A stretch of 64,000 bases of DNA. Origin: an uncultured Methanosarcinales archaeon. GTDB lineage: Archaea; Nanobdellota; Nanobdellia; Woesearchaeales; CAYZNE01. The notes under the pieces were generated by a model. That model was not told the origin of the DNA, ran no database searches, and saw only the letters and a list, made by a program, of their open reading frames with translations. Positions within the stretch are counted from its first letter, which is position 1, and each line of letters opens with the position of its first letter. This document shows, in pieces, positions 56,601 to 64,000 of this stretch. The position numbers were made by a program, and so were the translations under genes. The stretch spans positions 11,129-75,128 of the forward strand of contig CAYWRI010000002.1 in NCBI GenBank assembly GCA_964461035.1. Reading direction: 5' to 3'.

Positions 56601-57527
56601 ATAACAAGAATAATTTGAAGTATAATTAATTTGAACAGAACCAGAATTAAAAAACCAAAACCCTGAAAGAGAATTACCATCAGGATCTGTGTAATTAGCA
56701 CAAAAAGTTATGTTTTCTTCTTCAGTTATAGTTATATTACTGGTTAAATCCTCAGATTCTTCAACTATTGAAGAGTTTGAGTCATTGCTTGGAAAATGCC
56801 AATAAATAAATGGTGGACGATTATAACTCATGATTGTTAAATTCCAAGTTAGAGAAGTACACGCAGAATTATTGTCACAAATTGTTGCGTTTATTATGTA
56901 GTTACCATCTGATTCACAATCAGGCAAAAAACAATAACTTGCATTTAATTCAGAATTTGGAGAAGGGTTTTGTATAGATGTATTGATGGCTTGAAAAACA
57001 TCTTCATTAAACCAAGTTACGTTTAATTCATCATTAGTGGGATCAATATCCATAAAAAAAGCTGTAAAACATATTGATTGATTTTCTTCAGTTACAGGTG
57101 TTGAATTAAAGTGTTCTGTTCCTAAATATGCTTGCCAAGATTGATTTAAAACAATTGGAACATCATTAGTATTAATAATATAGATAGGTATGAAACCAGT
57201 TTCTAATTTATCCGCAGGATTTGAAATATTAAATACTTTAATTCCTCGCTCATAGTAAATATCATAATTATCCAAATTATCTGCAATATCTTGAAATAAA
57301 CCATTTTCAGATATGTTTCTTAAAATCGTTGATTGATCGACTGCATCAATATAAATGGAGTAATTAACTAAACTTTCATCACAAGTAACATTGAAATCAA
57401 AAGAAAAAATACTATCTTCTATTAATGTAAAATTAGCGGGAACTGATTGATCCCAATTAAATGATGCAGCCAAAACTACTGAAATATTCAAAATTGCGAA
57501 AAATAGTAAAAATATTTGTTTTTTCAT
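53652..57527 (-). CDS. Giant Asn-rich surface protein (1291 aa). It has a signal peptide, dozens of N-x-S/T sequons, and a C-terminal TM anchor with a basic tail.
   Basis: Signal peptide MKKQIFLLFFAILNISVVLAASF. C-terminus ...WKILLVSVAFFLILIFLFLFVNNFRKKRLL. The composition is very N/S/T-rich. Confidence 0.75.
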   Translation of the reverse strand: MKKQIFLLFFAILNISVVLAASFNWDQSVPANFTLIEDSIFSFDFNVTCDESLVNYSIYIDAVDQSTILRNISENGLFQDIADNLDNYDIYYERGIKVFNISNPADKLETGFIPIYIINTNDVPIVLNQSWQAYLGTEHFNSTPVTEENQSICFTAFFMDIDPTNDELNVTWFNEDVFQAINTSIQNPSPNSELNASYCFLPDCESDGNYIINATICDNNSACTSLTWNLTIMSYNRPPFIYWHFPSNDSNSSIVEESEDLTSNITITEEENITFCANYTDPDGNSLSGFWFFNSGSVQINYTSNYSCYTYFADYDDAETSYSSEPEGTHRVSMRASDSVGIPTKYDFHYWYINITNVNRLINVTGNSGSGTSEGDSSSGHGAIGDEDEDLINFSYYICNCSAPCNSNNCTWIYSCNVSLDEYDQTEGVCTFNQSFNITLSNLTYENHLWQVDIIWQTNFSDAGTYKYLLEASDSENSTSRLCSNCFGVGNNMPPIITNSLVPTNVCEGDTIYFNFTSIDSETNMYRAFIYLDSNLLSLFDLNANLSLNRANQNFLYSYRFNYTVIDEIDGVQEFVINYSVEDFEPLWDSENFTFNLTEKNDIPNINFTAFNNSLLIQNTFRYLNFTNSSFDEDNLLTELMWNCSSNLTNSELNLSMTNVLKLLKVTALNNFIGLAKITCDLNDSRNMTQASFTLNITQNNPPNISIDTPIGVNITINETDTVDFNHSSYDLDGDNLSYTWFLDSVIYSSSANISVYFNYTSAGNHNITLQVFDGNFYKTRYWNVSVINLNRLPHYAMELDLFNHSSFSNGIFHNLFYETSFSLNTSNGNYSNNGTYTSPIIEWQESRYYASFNFTNTTFINTSISCFARTGYSSDYNNGSWSEWITIENDYQNLIPSEGKYFQYKIIMLTNDTSQTPIIQNLFLKKFLRNSTLNTQILEDWVDLDNFFYDYDSDDTLIYAALGYNNMIVTINNITNSVTFNSNNNNNLQETIYFTLNDTYEVVSSQNITINFNISGQEEDGSTDGDEDLSSSSSSGGSSTRTITLPVTNNVYSEPLEITMPDPLTISSNRTVYFIIHVKNKLNQTLNDLELDLECNTGTCSLFQSHLDLISNQKKSIEGQFSSKNKTGNHTLKLLIHSTSPDFTETEYLYITALLKDTTIKDDLITKLKFAEHLISNNPICNELISNFDKIKEKINSSNFENANLLLESSIKSCNELINYNLNIDQKDIVFKEKDDGWKILLVSVAFFLILIFLFLFVNNFRKKRLLTKTIKKEKQKTEDLDSYINKFNN

Positions 57528-57536
57528 TTTTTAATA

Positions 57537-58454
57537 TCAGGGTTCTATCTTATATATTGTATTTATCAACACCAACTTTAACAAGTACAAAATAAGTAAT
57601 AGGATTAAAGAGTATGTAATTAACTGTTTTTCCTCTTGTACTACGGAATTTACTATAACTGAAGATTTTGCATTTGAAAAATCTCTATTTTTTAAGTTGA
57701 AATAAGTAATATCTTCTAAATCCCCAATTTTTTGAAAGGTTTCATCTAACTTGAAAGTTATATTGGTTTCGGGGATTACACCTCCTTCAATTGTTCCAAC
57801 ACCAATTATTGAAAGATGTAAATTCTTATTAACGATATAATCTAAAGCATTATCTAAATTTGCATCACTGAGAGAATCCGTTAATAAAACTAAATTTCCC
57901 ATTTCTTCTTCTTGAAATAAATTTGCTGAAGTTATTAATGCATCAACTAGTTGAGTGTTACTTTTTGTTGTTGGTTCTAATTTATTCAACGAGTTAAAAA
58001 AATCTTGTTTATTTGCACTTAACGATTGATGTATTTTAACATTAGAAGAATAACTCACTAAACCTAATTTTGAAGAAGAGGAAGAATCTTTAACTATGTT
58101 TTCTATGAATTCTTTACTAAGAAAGAATCTGGAAGTACCCACATCTTTAACAAGCATACTCACAGATGAGTCCAACACAAAAACATAATTAGATCCGCCC
58201 ATTTCCTTTTCATATAAGACAACTGGAGAAGATAAAGTAAAAATTAAGAGAATCAAAAAAAGTAATCTTATAATATCTAAAAAAAAGAAATTTGGTTCAC
58301 CAGCTATATTTATTGCTTTTTTTATTAAATCGAAGTTAGCAAAAGTAACTGAGTTTTTTTTGTATCTTTTTTTAAAAAATAAAAGTAAAACCGAGATAAT
58401 TGGAACTAGTACAAACAAAAACAAGTAGTTGGGGTTCGTAAATATTAATTCCAT
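57537..58454 (-). CDS. VWA-domain membrane protein (BatA-like).
   Basis: N-terminal TM helices plus the MIDAS-like motif VFVLDSSVSM. Confidence 0.55.
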   Translation of the reverse strand: MELIFTNPNYLFLFVLVPIISVLLLFFKKRYKKNSVTFANFDLIKKAINIAGEPNFFFLDIIRLLFLILLIFTLSSPVVLYEKEMGGSNYVFVLDSSVSMLVKDVGTSRFFLSKEFIENIVKDSSSSSKLGLVSYSSNVKIHQSLSANKQDFFNSLNKLEPTTKSNTQLVDALITSANLFQEEEMGNLVLLTDSLSDANLDNALDYIVNKNLHLSIIGVGTIEGGVIPETNITFKLDETFQKIGDLEDITYFNLKNRDFSNAKSSVIVNSVVQEEKQLITYSLILLLILYLLKLVLINTIYKIEP

Positions 58455-58455
58455 T

Positions 58456-59424
58456 TTATTTTTGTGCTATAAAATACTCCATTATTTGTGATTCGGAATC
58501 TTTTGACATACTTATTTCTACTAAATCATTTTCTTTTTCTAAAAAATGGTTTTTTAATCTGAATATGTTCTTTCTATATTCTTTGTGGTATAAATCCTTT
58601 ATTTTTTGGGAATCTATTAAAATATGACTGCTTGAAAAAGGATCGTTTAAAGAATACAATCCTTTTTTAGGGAGATTTTCTTCAACAGGATCCTTAATTA
58701 AAAAACCCGTTATGTCAAAACCAGCACACAATATATCTAAGTATTCTAATTGTTCTTTATGAAGTTGTGAAAAGTCCGAAATAATAAAAAGTAAAACATC
58801 CTTTTCTACAATCATTTCCCCAAGTTTCTTAAAAGTTTGTATATAATCTTTTTCATAGAAATAATTATCTTCATTTTGAAGTTCATTTAATAACTTAAAA
58901 TAATGATCAAGAGAGTTTGCAGGGGGAATAAATTTTTTTATACCCTTATTAAAAATTGCTAATCCAACATTGTCTTTAGATTCTATAATTGCAAAAGAAA
59001 GAGAAGCTGCTAACTCTGCAGCATATTCACATTTTAATTTATTTGAAGAACTGAAAAACATAGATTTGCTTGTATCTAAAGCTATAATTACGTTAGTGCT
59101 TCTTTGAGTTTTAAATTTCTTAACTAAAAGACTGGTTGTTTTATTCGAAGCAACCCAATCTATTTTATTAGCATCGTCTTCACCATAAATATATTCTTTG
59201 TACTCCTCAAACTCTATTCCTTGACCTTTAAACTTACTCAAATAAGCACCCGTTAATCTACTTGTAATGTTAGGATTTTTGGTTAAATCTTCTAATTCGT
59301 GAATATTATGTTTAAAATCTAAATTTAATGAAATCTTATTTGATTTAATCTTATTAGACCTTTTTCTATTAAACTTTAATTTTTGCATTTTATAAAACCT
59401 ATCTGACAATCGAAATAATCTCAT
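58456..59424 (-). CDS. DUF58 family protein (partner of the MoxR ATPase).
   Basis: G.GIEFEEYKEYIYGEDDANKIDW...VIIALDTSKSM matches the DUF58 pattern. Confidence 0.6.
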   Translation of the reverse strand: MRLFRLSDRFYKMQKLKFNRKRSNKIKSNKISLNLDFKHNIHELEDLTKNPNITSRLTGAYLSKFKGQGIEFEEYKEYIYGEDDANKIDWVASNKTTSLLVKKFKTQRSTNVIIALDTSKSMFFSSSNKLKCEYAAELAASLSFAIIESKDNVGLAIFNKGIKKFIPPANSLDHYFKLLNELQNEDNYFYEKDYIQTFKKLGEMIVEKDVLLFIISDFSQLHKEQLEYLDILCAGFDITGFLIKDPVEENLPKKGLYSLNDPFSSSHILIDSQKIKDLYHKEYRKNIFRLKNHFLEKENDLVEISMSKDSESQIMEYFIAQK

Positions 59425-60364
59425 TTATGATATGATCTGAAGTTAAATTTTTAGAACGACCTTCGTAATTAATAATAATTCTATGTCTAAGAATATCATT
59501 AACAACATTTAAAACATCATCTTCAACGACAAAATTTCTTCCTTGAATTAATGCTTCTGCTCTAGCAGCAGATATTAATTGTATGGTTCCTCTAGGACCC
59601 GAACCGAATTTAATGAATTTTCCAAGTTTCAAAGAATATTTTTTATAATTACGTGTTGCTTCTATTAAATTAACAACAAACAATTTTATTTTTGGATCTA
59701 CATAAATATTCCTTGAAAGAGATTGCATTTCTCTTATTATTTCAGAAGAAAGCAAAGTATTTATTTTATCTTCAAAAATTTGTATATCTCCAATTTTTCT
59801 TTTTAATATATTATATTCCTCCTGAATCGTAGGATAATTGATAAAGAGCTTGAACAAAAATCTATCTAGTTGTGCAGCAGGTAGAGGATACGTTCCTGCA
59901 GATTCAATTGGGTTTTCAGTTGCAAAAACCAGAAACGGAGATTCTAAATCAAAAGTATTATTACCTATAGTTACTCTTTTCTCGCCCATTGCTTCAATAA
60001 GTGCTGATTGAGTTTTGGGATTAACTCTGTTTATTTCATCCGCAAGTAATATGTTCGTAAAGATTGGTCCTTTAATAACATGAAAACCAACATCTTTTTG
60101 AAATGCATTTAATCCAAGAATATCTGAAGGTAATAAATCTGCTGTAAACTGAACTCTGTTAAAATTACAACCCAAAATTTTTGAAAGAACCCTGATCAAA
60201 GTTGTTTTTGCAAGACCTGGAACTCCCTCTATTAAAACATGACCTCCCGCGATTATTGCTCTTAAAAAAGCATTTATTATTTCATCTTGTCCAACTATAA
60301 CTTTTTTAACCTCTACTTTTAATTGGACAAGTAATTTTGAATAATGTTTTATTTTATCTTCCAT
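59399..60364 (-). CDS. MoxR-family AAA+ ATPase.
   Basis: Walker A GVPGLAKTT, at 321 aa the size and layout of MoxR, overlaps the DUF58 gene. Confidence 0.75.
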   Translation of the reverse strand: MEDKIKHYSKLLVQLKVEVKKVIVGQDEIINAFLRAIIAGGHVLIEGVPGLAKTTLIRVLSKILGCNFNRVQFTADLLPSDILGLNAFQKDVGFHVIKGPIFTNILLADEINRVNPKTQSALIEAMGEKRVTIGNNTFDLESPFLVFATENPIESAGTYPLPAAQLDRFLFKLFINYPTIQEEYNILKRKIGDIQIFEDKINTLLSSEIIREMQSLSRNIYVDPKIKLFVVNLIEATRNYKKYSLKLGKFIKFGSGPRGTIQLISAARAEALIQGRNFVVEDDVLNVVNDILRHRIIINYEGRSKNLTSDHIINEIISIVR

Positions 60365-60387
60365 TTTCTATCTATTGAATTTATATA

Positions 60388-61002
60388 TCATTTAATTGAA
60401 TCGGTGGAATTGATTTCTTTAACAGTTTTTTCTGGTTCAGAAAAGCATAATGTATTATGAATGAATCTATAATTATATCCTAAAAAATTTAGGAGAGGTA
60501 ATAACAAATCAGAAAACTTTTCTGTATGAATAAGAGCTTGGAAAGAAATAATTGTTTTTTTATTTTGTTCTTTAATCTTTTTTAATGACTCTAAATAATT
60601 TTCAGAATAAGTTCCCTCTATCAAATTAAGTAAAGAAGAATGAATGATATAATTGTTTAAACCAATATCGTAATTAATATAATCCCCCAATTTTGATTGC
60701 ATTTTAGAGTCTATTATTTTAGAATCGATTTCAGATTTTCCTTTCTTTGCAATGAGAATATTGGTTTCTTGACATTTTAAAATTTCTTCTTGTTTATCTT
60801 TAAGAAACGTTTTTACTTCTTTCAGGAAAGAATATATTTTATTAATCTCCAAATATTCCTTATGTAAATCCAAATTGAATAAAGAGAATTTTAGTGTCTT
60901 TTGAATTTTTTGTAGAGCTTCACTTTTATCTTTTATTAAATTTTTTTCTAAGGCTTGAAATAAAATCAGTTTAAAAAAACTTGTCATATGATCATAATTC
61001 AC
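60388..61002 (-). CDS. Hypothetical protein. It probably extends upstream to about 61306 across a C7 homopolymer.
   Basis: GTG start at 61002, but the same frame is open for 96 more codons upstream with no start codon. An ATG lies in the adjacent frame at about 61304-61306. Confidence 0.4.
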   Translation of the reverse strand: MNYDHMTSFFKLILFQALEKNLIKDKSEALQKIQKTLKFSLFNLDLHKEYLEINKIYSFLKEVKTFLKDKQEEILKCQETNILIAKKGKSEIDSKIIDSKMQSKLGDYINYDIGLNNYIIHSSLLNLIEGTYSENYLESLKKIKEQNKKTIISFQALIHTEKFSDLLLPLLNFLGYNYRFIHNTLCFSEPEKTVKEINSTDSIK

Positions 61003-61644
61003 TAAGTTTAATTCTCGGGTGTTGTAACATAGTTCCTGACAATGATTTAGAAAAAATAGGATAGACTTATTTAACTTAGCTTTTTCGGATTTAAGATTCG
61101 AATCATATAACAGATTATAAGCTTTTGTTAAAGGAACATTACTATCAATATTTAAAAAAAATGAAAAAACTATTTTAAACTTTCTAACATAATCATAATA
61201 TTCGGAATCATTAATACCTAATCCAGATAATGAAAAATTTTCATTGACAAAGTTCCGAAAGTTTATTTCTTGTTCTTTGACTTTAATATAACTCCCCCCC
61301 TAAACATCTAGAACTTACTTTTGATAAATAAATTAACTATTATGATTGAAGTAATTGTTTATAAAATTATCTATTTAAGTGGCTAATATGAAACTCGCTG
61401 TATTTTTGTGTTCGTTAGTGTCATTATTATCATTTTATTTAACTGAAAGTAAGATAATAATGGTTAGATTATCTAAATAACAACAGTGAGTGTAATGCAG
61501 ATTGATATATTAAGAAATTAATACTTCTAGATTCTATTAAAAAATGATTTGTAAATAGCAACTTGGAATTGAATTAAATTTATTCGTTGTTGATACTTAG
61601 TTTATGTTTCAGGGTTAAAGTTGAATTTTTATTGAGCATATTTT

Positions 61645-61870
61645 ATTCTAAAAAAAGCCAACACCATAATCTATGCAAAAACCTGAGGTTTTTGAAACGA
61701 AAAACAGAGTTTTTGGTTACACTAAAGCGTAAATCGAAGATTTAGGTTGTAAATGTAGGCTTTTTTTGTGACTATTAAACTTTGGTTAATGCTCAAAAAC
61801 TTGTTTTTGTATGAGCATTTTTTTTTTTTGATACTGTATCATTTAGGTTGTGTGAAGGATGTTATTTGAA
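61645..61870 (+). repeat. Intergenic repeat element, copy B (about 225 nt). It ends in a hairpin followed by T12.
   Basis: See copy A. The terminal hairpin aatgctca-N15-tgagcatt is followed by tttttttttttt (61788-61829). Confidence 0.6.
61788..61829 (+). terminator. Hairpin (8-bp stem) plus a T12 run, in plus-strand orientation.
   Basis: aatgctcaaaaacttgtttttgtatgagcatttttttttttt. Confidence 0.3.
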
Positions 61871-64000
61871 TAAATTTGATAAACTACTTATTATTCTACT
61901 TATATAATTTGATTGAGAATTACTTTGTTGATATGCTTTTCCTCCCAGATTTATTTGTTTCAATTTTGGAATTTTATTCAAAGATTTTTTTTCTTTTATT
62001 TCTTTTTTTTCAATTACAATTTCTTTTTTAATATCTGTATTATCAATACACTTATTTGTTTTTTTATCACAAATTAGGGGATTTGAACACCCACATTTTT
62101 GACAATTTTGAACCAATTTATTTTCATTACAATAATATGGTTGTTTTTCTGAACATGCACCTCTTGGAAGACTTTCACAAGTATTTTGTATGATGCATTG
62201 TCCATGTTCACAAAGTTCAGGACAATCATATCTTTCTTTTGCCATGTTATTGTTTACACAATAAAATTCAATAAGTGTTCGATCTTCACAGTAATCTGTA
62301 TAAGTTTCAGGATTGCTTTGAATTGTTCCGGATATTTCATAAGTGATTGTTCCTTGTACTTCATAATTTATTCCTTGATCTGAATCTTCACATATTCTTC
62401 CTTCACAAGTTCCATCCTGTAAACAAATTTCATTGTTTGAACATCCACATTCTTGACAATTTTCTACTAAATTAGTGTTTTCACAATATAAAGGTTGATT
62501 TATTGAACAGGCATTGTTTAAGGTTCCATCTTCACAATTAGTAATAATAACTTCTATTGCTATTGGTAAATAATCTTCTGCAAACTCAAATATGTAGGGA
62601 TCATCACAAATATCAAATGGTTCTTCATCATCATAACATTCATTATCACTCCAGTAATTTCCTATTATGTCACTATTCCAAAAATTAGTTCCTTCGTCAT
62701 AAGCATTTACATCGTTTTCAATAAATTCATTACCATAAATTAAATTATCATTTGAAAATTCACTTGATCTTATGCCCGTATAAAATGGATTATATTCATT
62801 TTCACAATTCAAACCATTAAATTTTATGTGATTGTAACTTATATTATTATATTTTACAGATGCATCAAAAATATGAATATCATTACCAAACAACCAAATA
62901 CCATCACATGCGTTATTTTCAATTTCATTATTATAGATTAGATTATAGTTAGAAGCAAACATCATAATTCCGTCCTTTTGGTTGTTAGAAATAGTATTGT
63001 TAATTACAGAACAATTATTAGATGCATAAATAATTAAGCCATATTCATCATGATCAAATATATTATTATTTTCAATAACATTTTCAATTCCAGTATTTAA
63101 AATAATTCCAGAACCAACACCTTCTCCATTAATAAAATTATTTCTAATTAAATTATAACTACTTCCTCTTTGCAAATCTATATTTCTATTTGAGTTTTCA
63201 TGAATATAACTTTCTTCAATAATATTATAGTTGCTAGGAACATTATTTTCTTTAACTAATTCTATTCCCTTATTGTTATTGTATATATCTAATTGGCTCA
63301 ATTCGTTATTAGTTGCTCCTTTCAGTGATACACCAATATCAAAATTAGTAAAAGAACAATCTATAATATTTATATTTGAACCACTACTCATTATGCCTGC
63401 CCCTGTGTTGTTACCAGTTATGGTCTTTCCATGACAATTTAATGTTATATCTTCAACGGTTGAATTAATTATAAATCCATTTTCTAAACAATTAATGTCA
63501 TCATAGAGATCATAATCTTCTGTTAGTTCAATATTACAATCATTTGTTTCAATTGATACTCCTAAAGCAATTGTTTTAAGTTGATTATCTCCTTCACAGT
63601 ATAGTCTGTTATAACTAGAAATATACTCGCAATTTGATGTCAATTCCCATCCTGTTAAACATTCTTCTGTTTCAAATGACCAATTTTCACAAGCATACAT
63701 TTTGAAATCTATGTTTTCTAAAGGTTCTTCTATGTTAAAGCTTTCAAAGTCAGTTATACTGATTATTTGTCCTGTATATCCATATTCTGTAACCCAATCT
63801 GTTTCAGTTGCATAGACTGCATATAATTGTTTATCTTCATCTATAATTGTTTCATTATAATATTCTGATGTTTGAATCATATAATCTTGAATATAAGAGT
63901 TTTCGTAATTAATAATAAATATTTTGCCTGAGTCTTCAAGAGAATTTTCATCAAAATCTTCTATATGTGCAATAATTATATCTTCTATTTCAGACGGATT
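61862..64000 (-). CDS. Parallel beta-helix (pectate-lyase-like repeat) surface protein with a Cys-rich C-terminal region. Partial: the N-terminus runs off the window.
   Basis: Repeated N-rich beta-helix rungs (ITGNNTGAGIMSSGSNINIIDCSFTNFDIGVSL..., NNNIFDHDEYGLIIYASNNCSVINNTISNN...). The frame is open to position 64000. The C-terminus has a duplicated motif C-x6-YC-x-N-x-[NK]LV-x-NCQ-x-CGCSN. Confidence 0.65.
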   Translation of the reverse strand, partial: NPSEIEDIIIAHIEDFDENSLEDSGKIFIINYENSYIQDYMIQTSEYYNETIIDEDKQLYAVYATETDWVTEYGYTGQIISITDFESFNIEEPLENIDFKMYACENWSFETEECLTGWELTSNCEYISSYNRLYCEGDNQLKTIALGVSIETNDCNIELTEDYDLYDDINCLENGFIINSTVEDITLNCHGKTITGNNTGAGIMSSGSNINIIDCSFTNFDIGVSLKGATNNELSQLDIYNNNKGIELVKENNVPSNYNIIEESYIHENSNRNIDLQRGSSYNLIRNNFINGEGVGSGIILNTGIENVIENNNIFDHDEYGLIIYASNNCSVINNTISNNQKDGIMMFASNYNLIYNNEIENNACDGIWLFGNDIHIFDASVKYNNISYNHIKFNGLNCENEYNPFYTGIRSSEFSNDNLIYGNEFIENDVNAYDEGTNFWNSDIIGNYWSDNECYDDEEPFDICDDPYIFEFAEDYLPIAIEVIITNCEDGTLNNACSINQPLYCENTNLVENCQECGCSNNEICLQDGTCEGRICEDSDQGINYEVQGTITYEISGTIQSNPETYTDYCEDRTLIEFYCVNNNMAKERYDCPELCEHGQCIIQNTCESLPRGACSEKQPYYCNENKLVQNCQKCGCSNPLICDKKTNKCIDNTDIKKEIVIEKKEIKEKKSLNKIPKLKQINLGGKAYQQSNSQSNYISRIISSLSNLFK

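Noticed and set aside
40432-61870. The two repeat copies as att sites bounding a ~21-kb integrated element
   Set aside because: There is no integrase or recombinase, no tRNA, and no phage or plasmid genes between them. The interval holds housekeeping genes (thrS, ECF transporter, MoxR). A third partial copy at about 44050 argues for a dispersed small repeat instead.
1-64000. Alternative genetic code (code 25 UGA=Gly, or code 4 UGA=Trp) as the explanation for the in-frame TGA at 38473
   Set aside because: ORFs of 800-2400 codons are intact under the standard code, and many genes end in TGA with sensible C-termini. A reassigned TGA would have fragmented or extended them.
1-64000. CRISPR arrays, tRNA genes, rRNA genes
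   Set aside because: No regularly spaced direct repeats with unique spacers were seen. The intergenic regions were inspected by eye for GC-rich cloverleaf-like segments and none was found. The only GC-rich palindromes are short (2210-2227, 40653-40663). A tRNAscan or Infernal run would be needed for certainty.

Overview
This is a very AT-rich 64 kb window, roughly a quarter to 30% G+C by eye. Genes are densely packed, co-directional blocks are common, and TGA, TAA and TAG all act as stops (the ORFs are long, so code 4 and code 25 are excluded). I found no rRNA or tRNA genes and no CRISPR array, and I recognised no transposase or integrase. The gene content points to an archaeon, plausibly a DPANN-like lineage. 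The evidence is: many proteins with class III (type IV pilin-like) signal peptides of the form K-K-A|Q followed by a hydrophobic helix; an archaeal/eukaryotic-type ProRS-like protein ending in Tyr; a ThrRS that lacks the N-terminal editing domains; TrmB-family regulators; and a GTPase / DUF2073-like / Zn-ribbon trio.

Housekeeping genes: ValRS, adenylosuccinate lyase, ThrRS, a ProRS-like protein, an Mtq2/HemK-like methyltransferase, a P-type cation ATPase, an ECF-type transporter (S and T components plus a fused A-A' ATPase), a MoxR-DUF58-VWA module, an M50 site-2 protease homologue, and S51 and S66 peptidases.

The accessory part of the window is dominated by four groups of genes. (1) Convergent operons of at least 14 pilin-like genes at 25.7-35.3 kb, including 43- and 46-aa 'mini-pilins' and a subfamily with a shared Cys-rich C-terminal knot. 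(2) A giant adhesin pair of 2382 and 1215 aa with Ig-like domain boundaries, tandem Cys modules, a poly-Pro stalk, a TM anchor and a 350-aa Lys/Ser-rich tail. (3) Further giant Cys-rich, N-sequon-rich surface proteins of 1094, 1291 and more than 700 aa. (4) Two polytopic membrane proteins that may be glycosyltransferases.

Other points worth a second look:
- A ThrRS-S66 (MccF/LdcA-like) operon next to a ProRS-like paralogue whose motif 2 looks degenerate.
- An ECF ATPase tandem with a C-terminal NDK-like domain.
- An apparent single ORF interrupted by an in-frame TGA in a C-x-x-TGA context.
- Two ORFs whose real N-termini are out of frame across homopolymer runs (A7 and C7).
- A repeated intergenic element of about 150-280 nt (two full copies plus one partial copy) that ends in a hairpin followed by a T-run.
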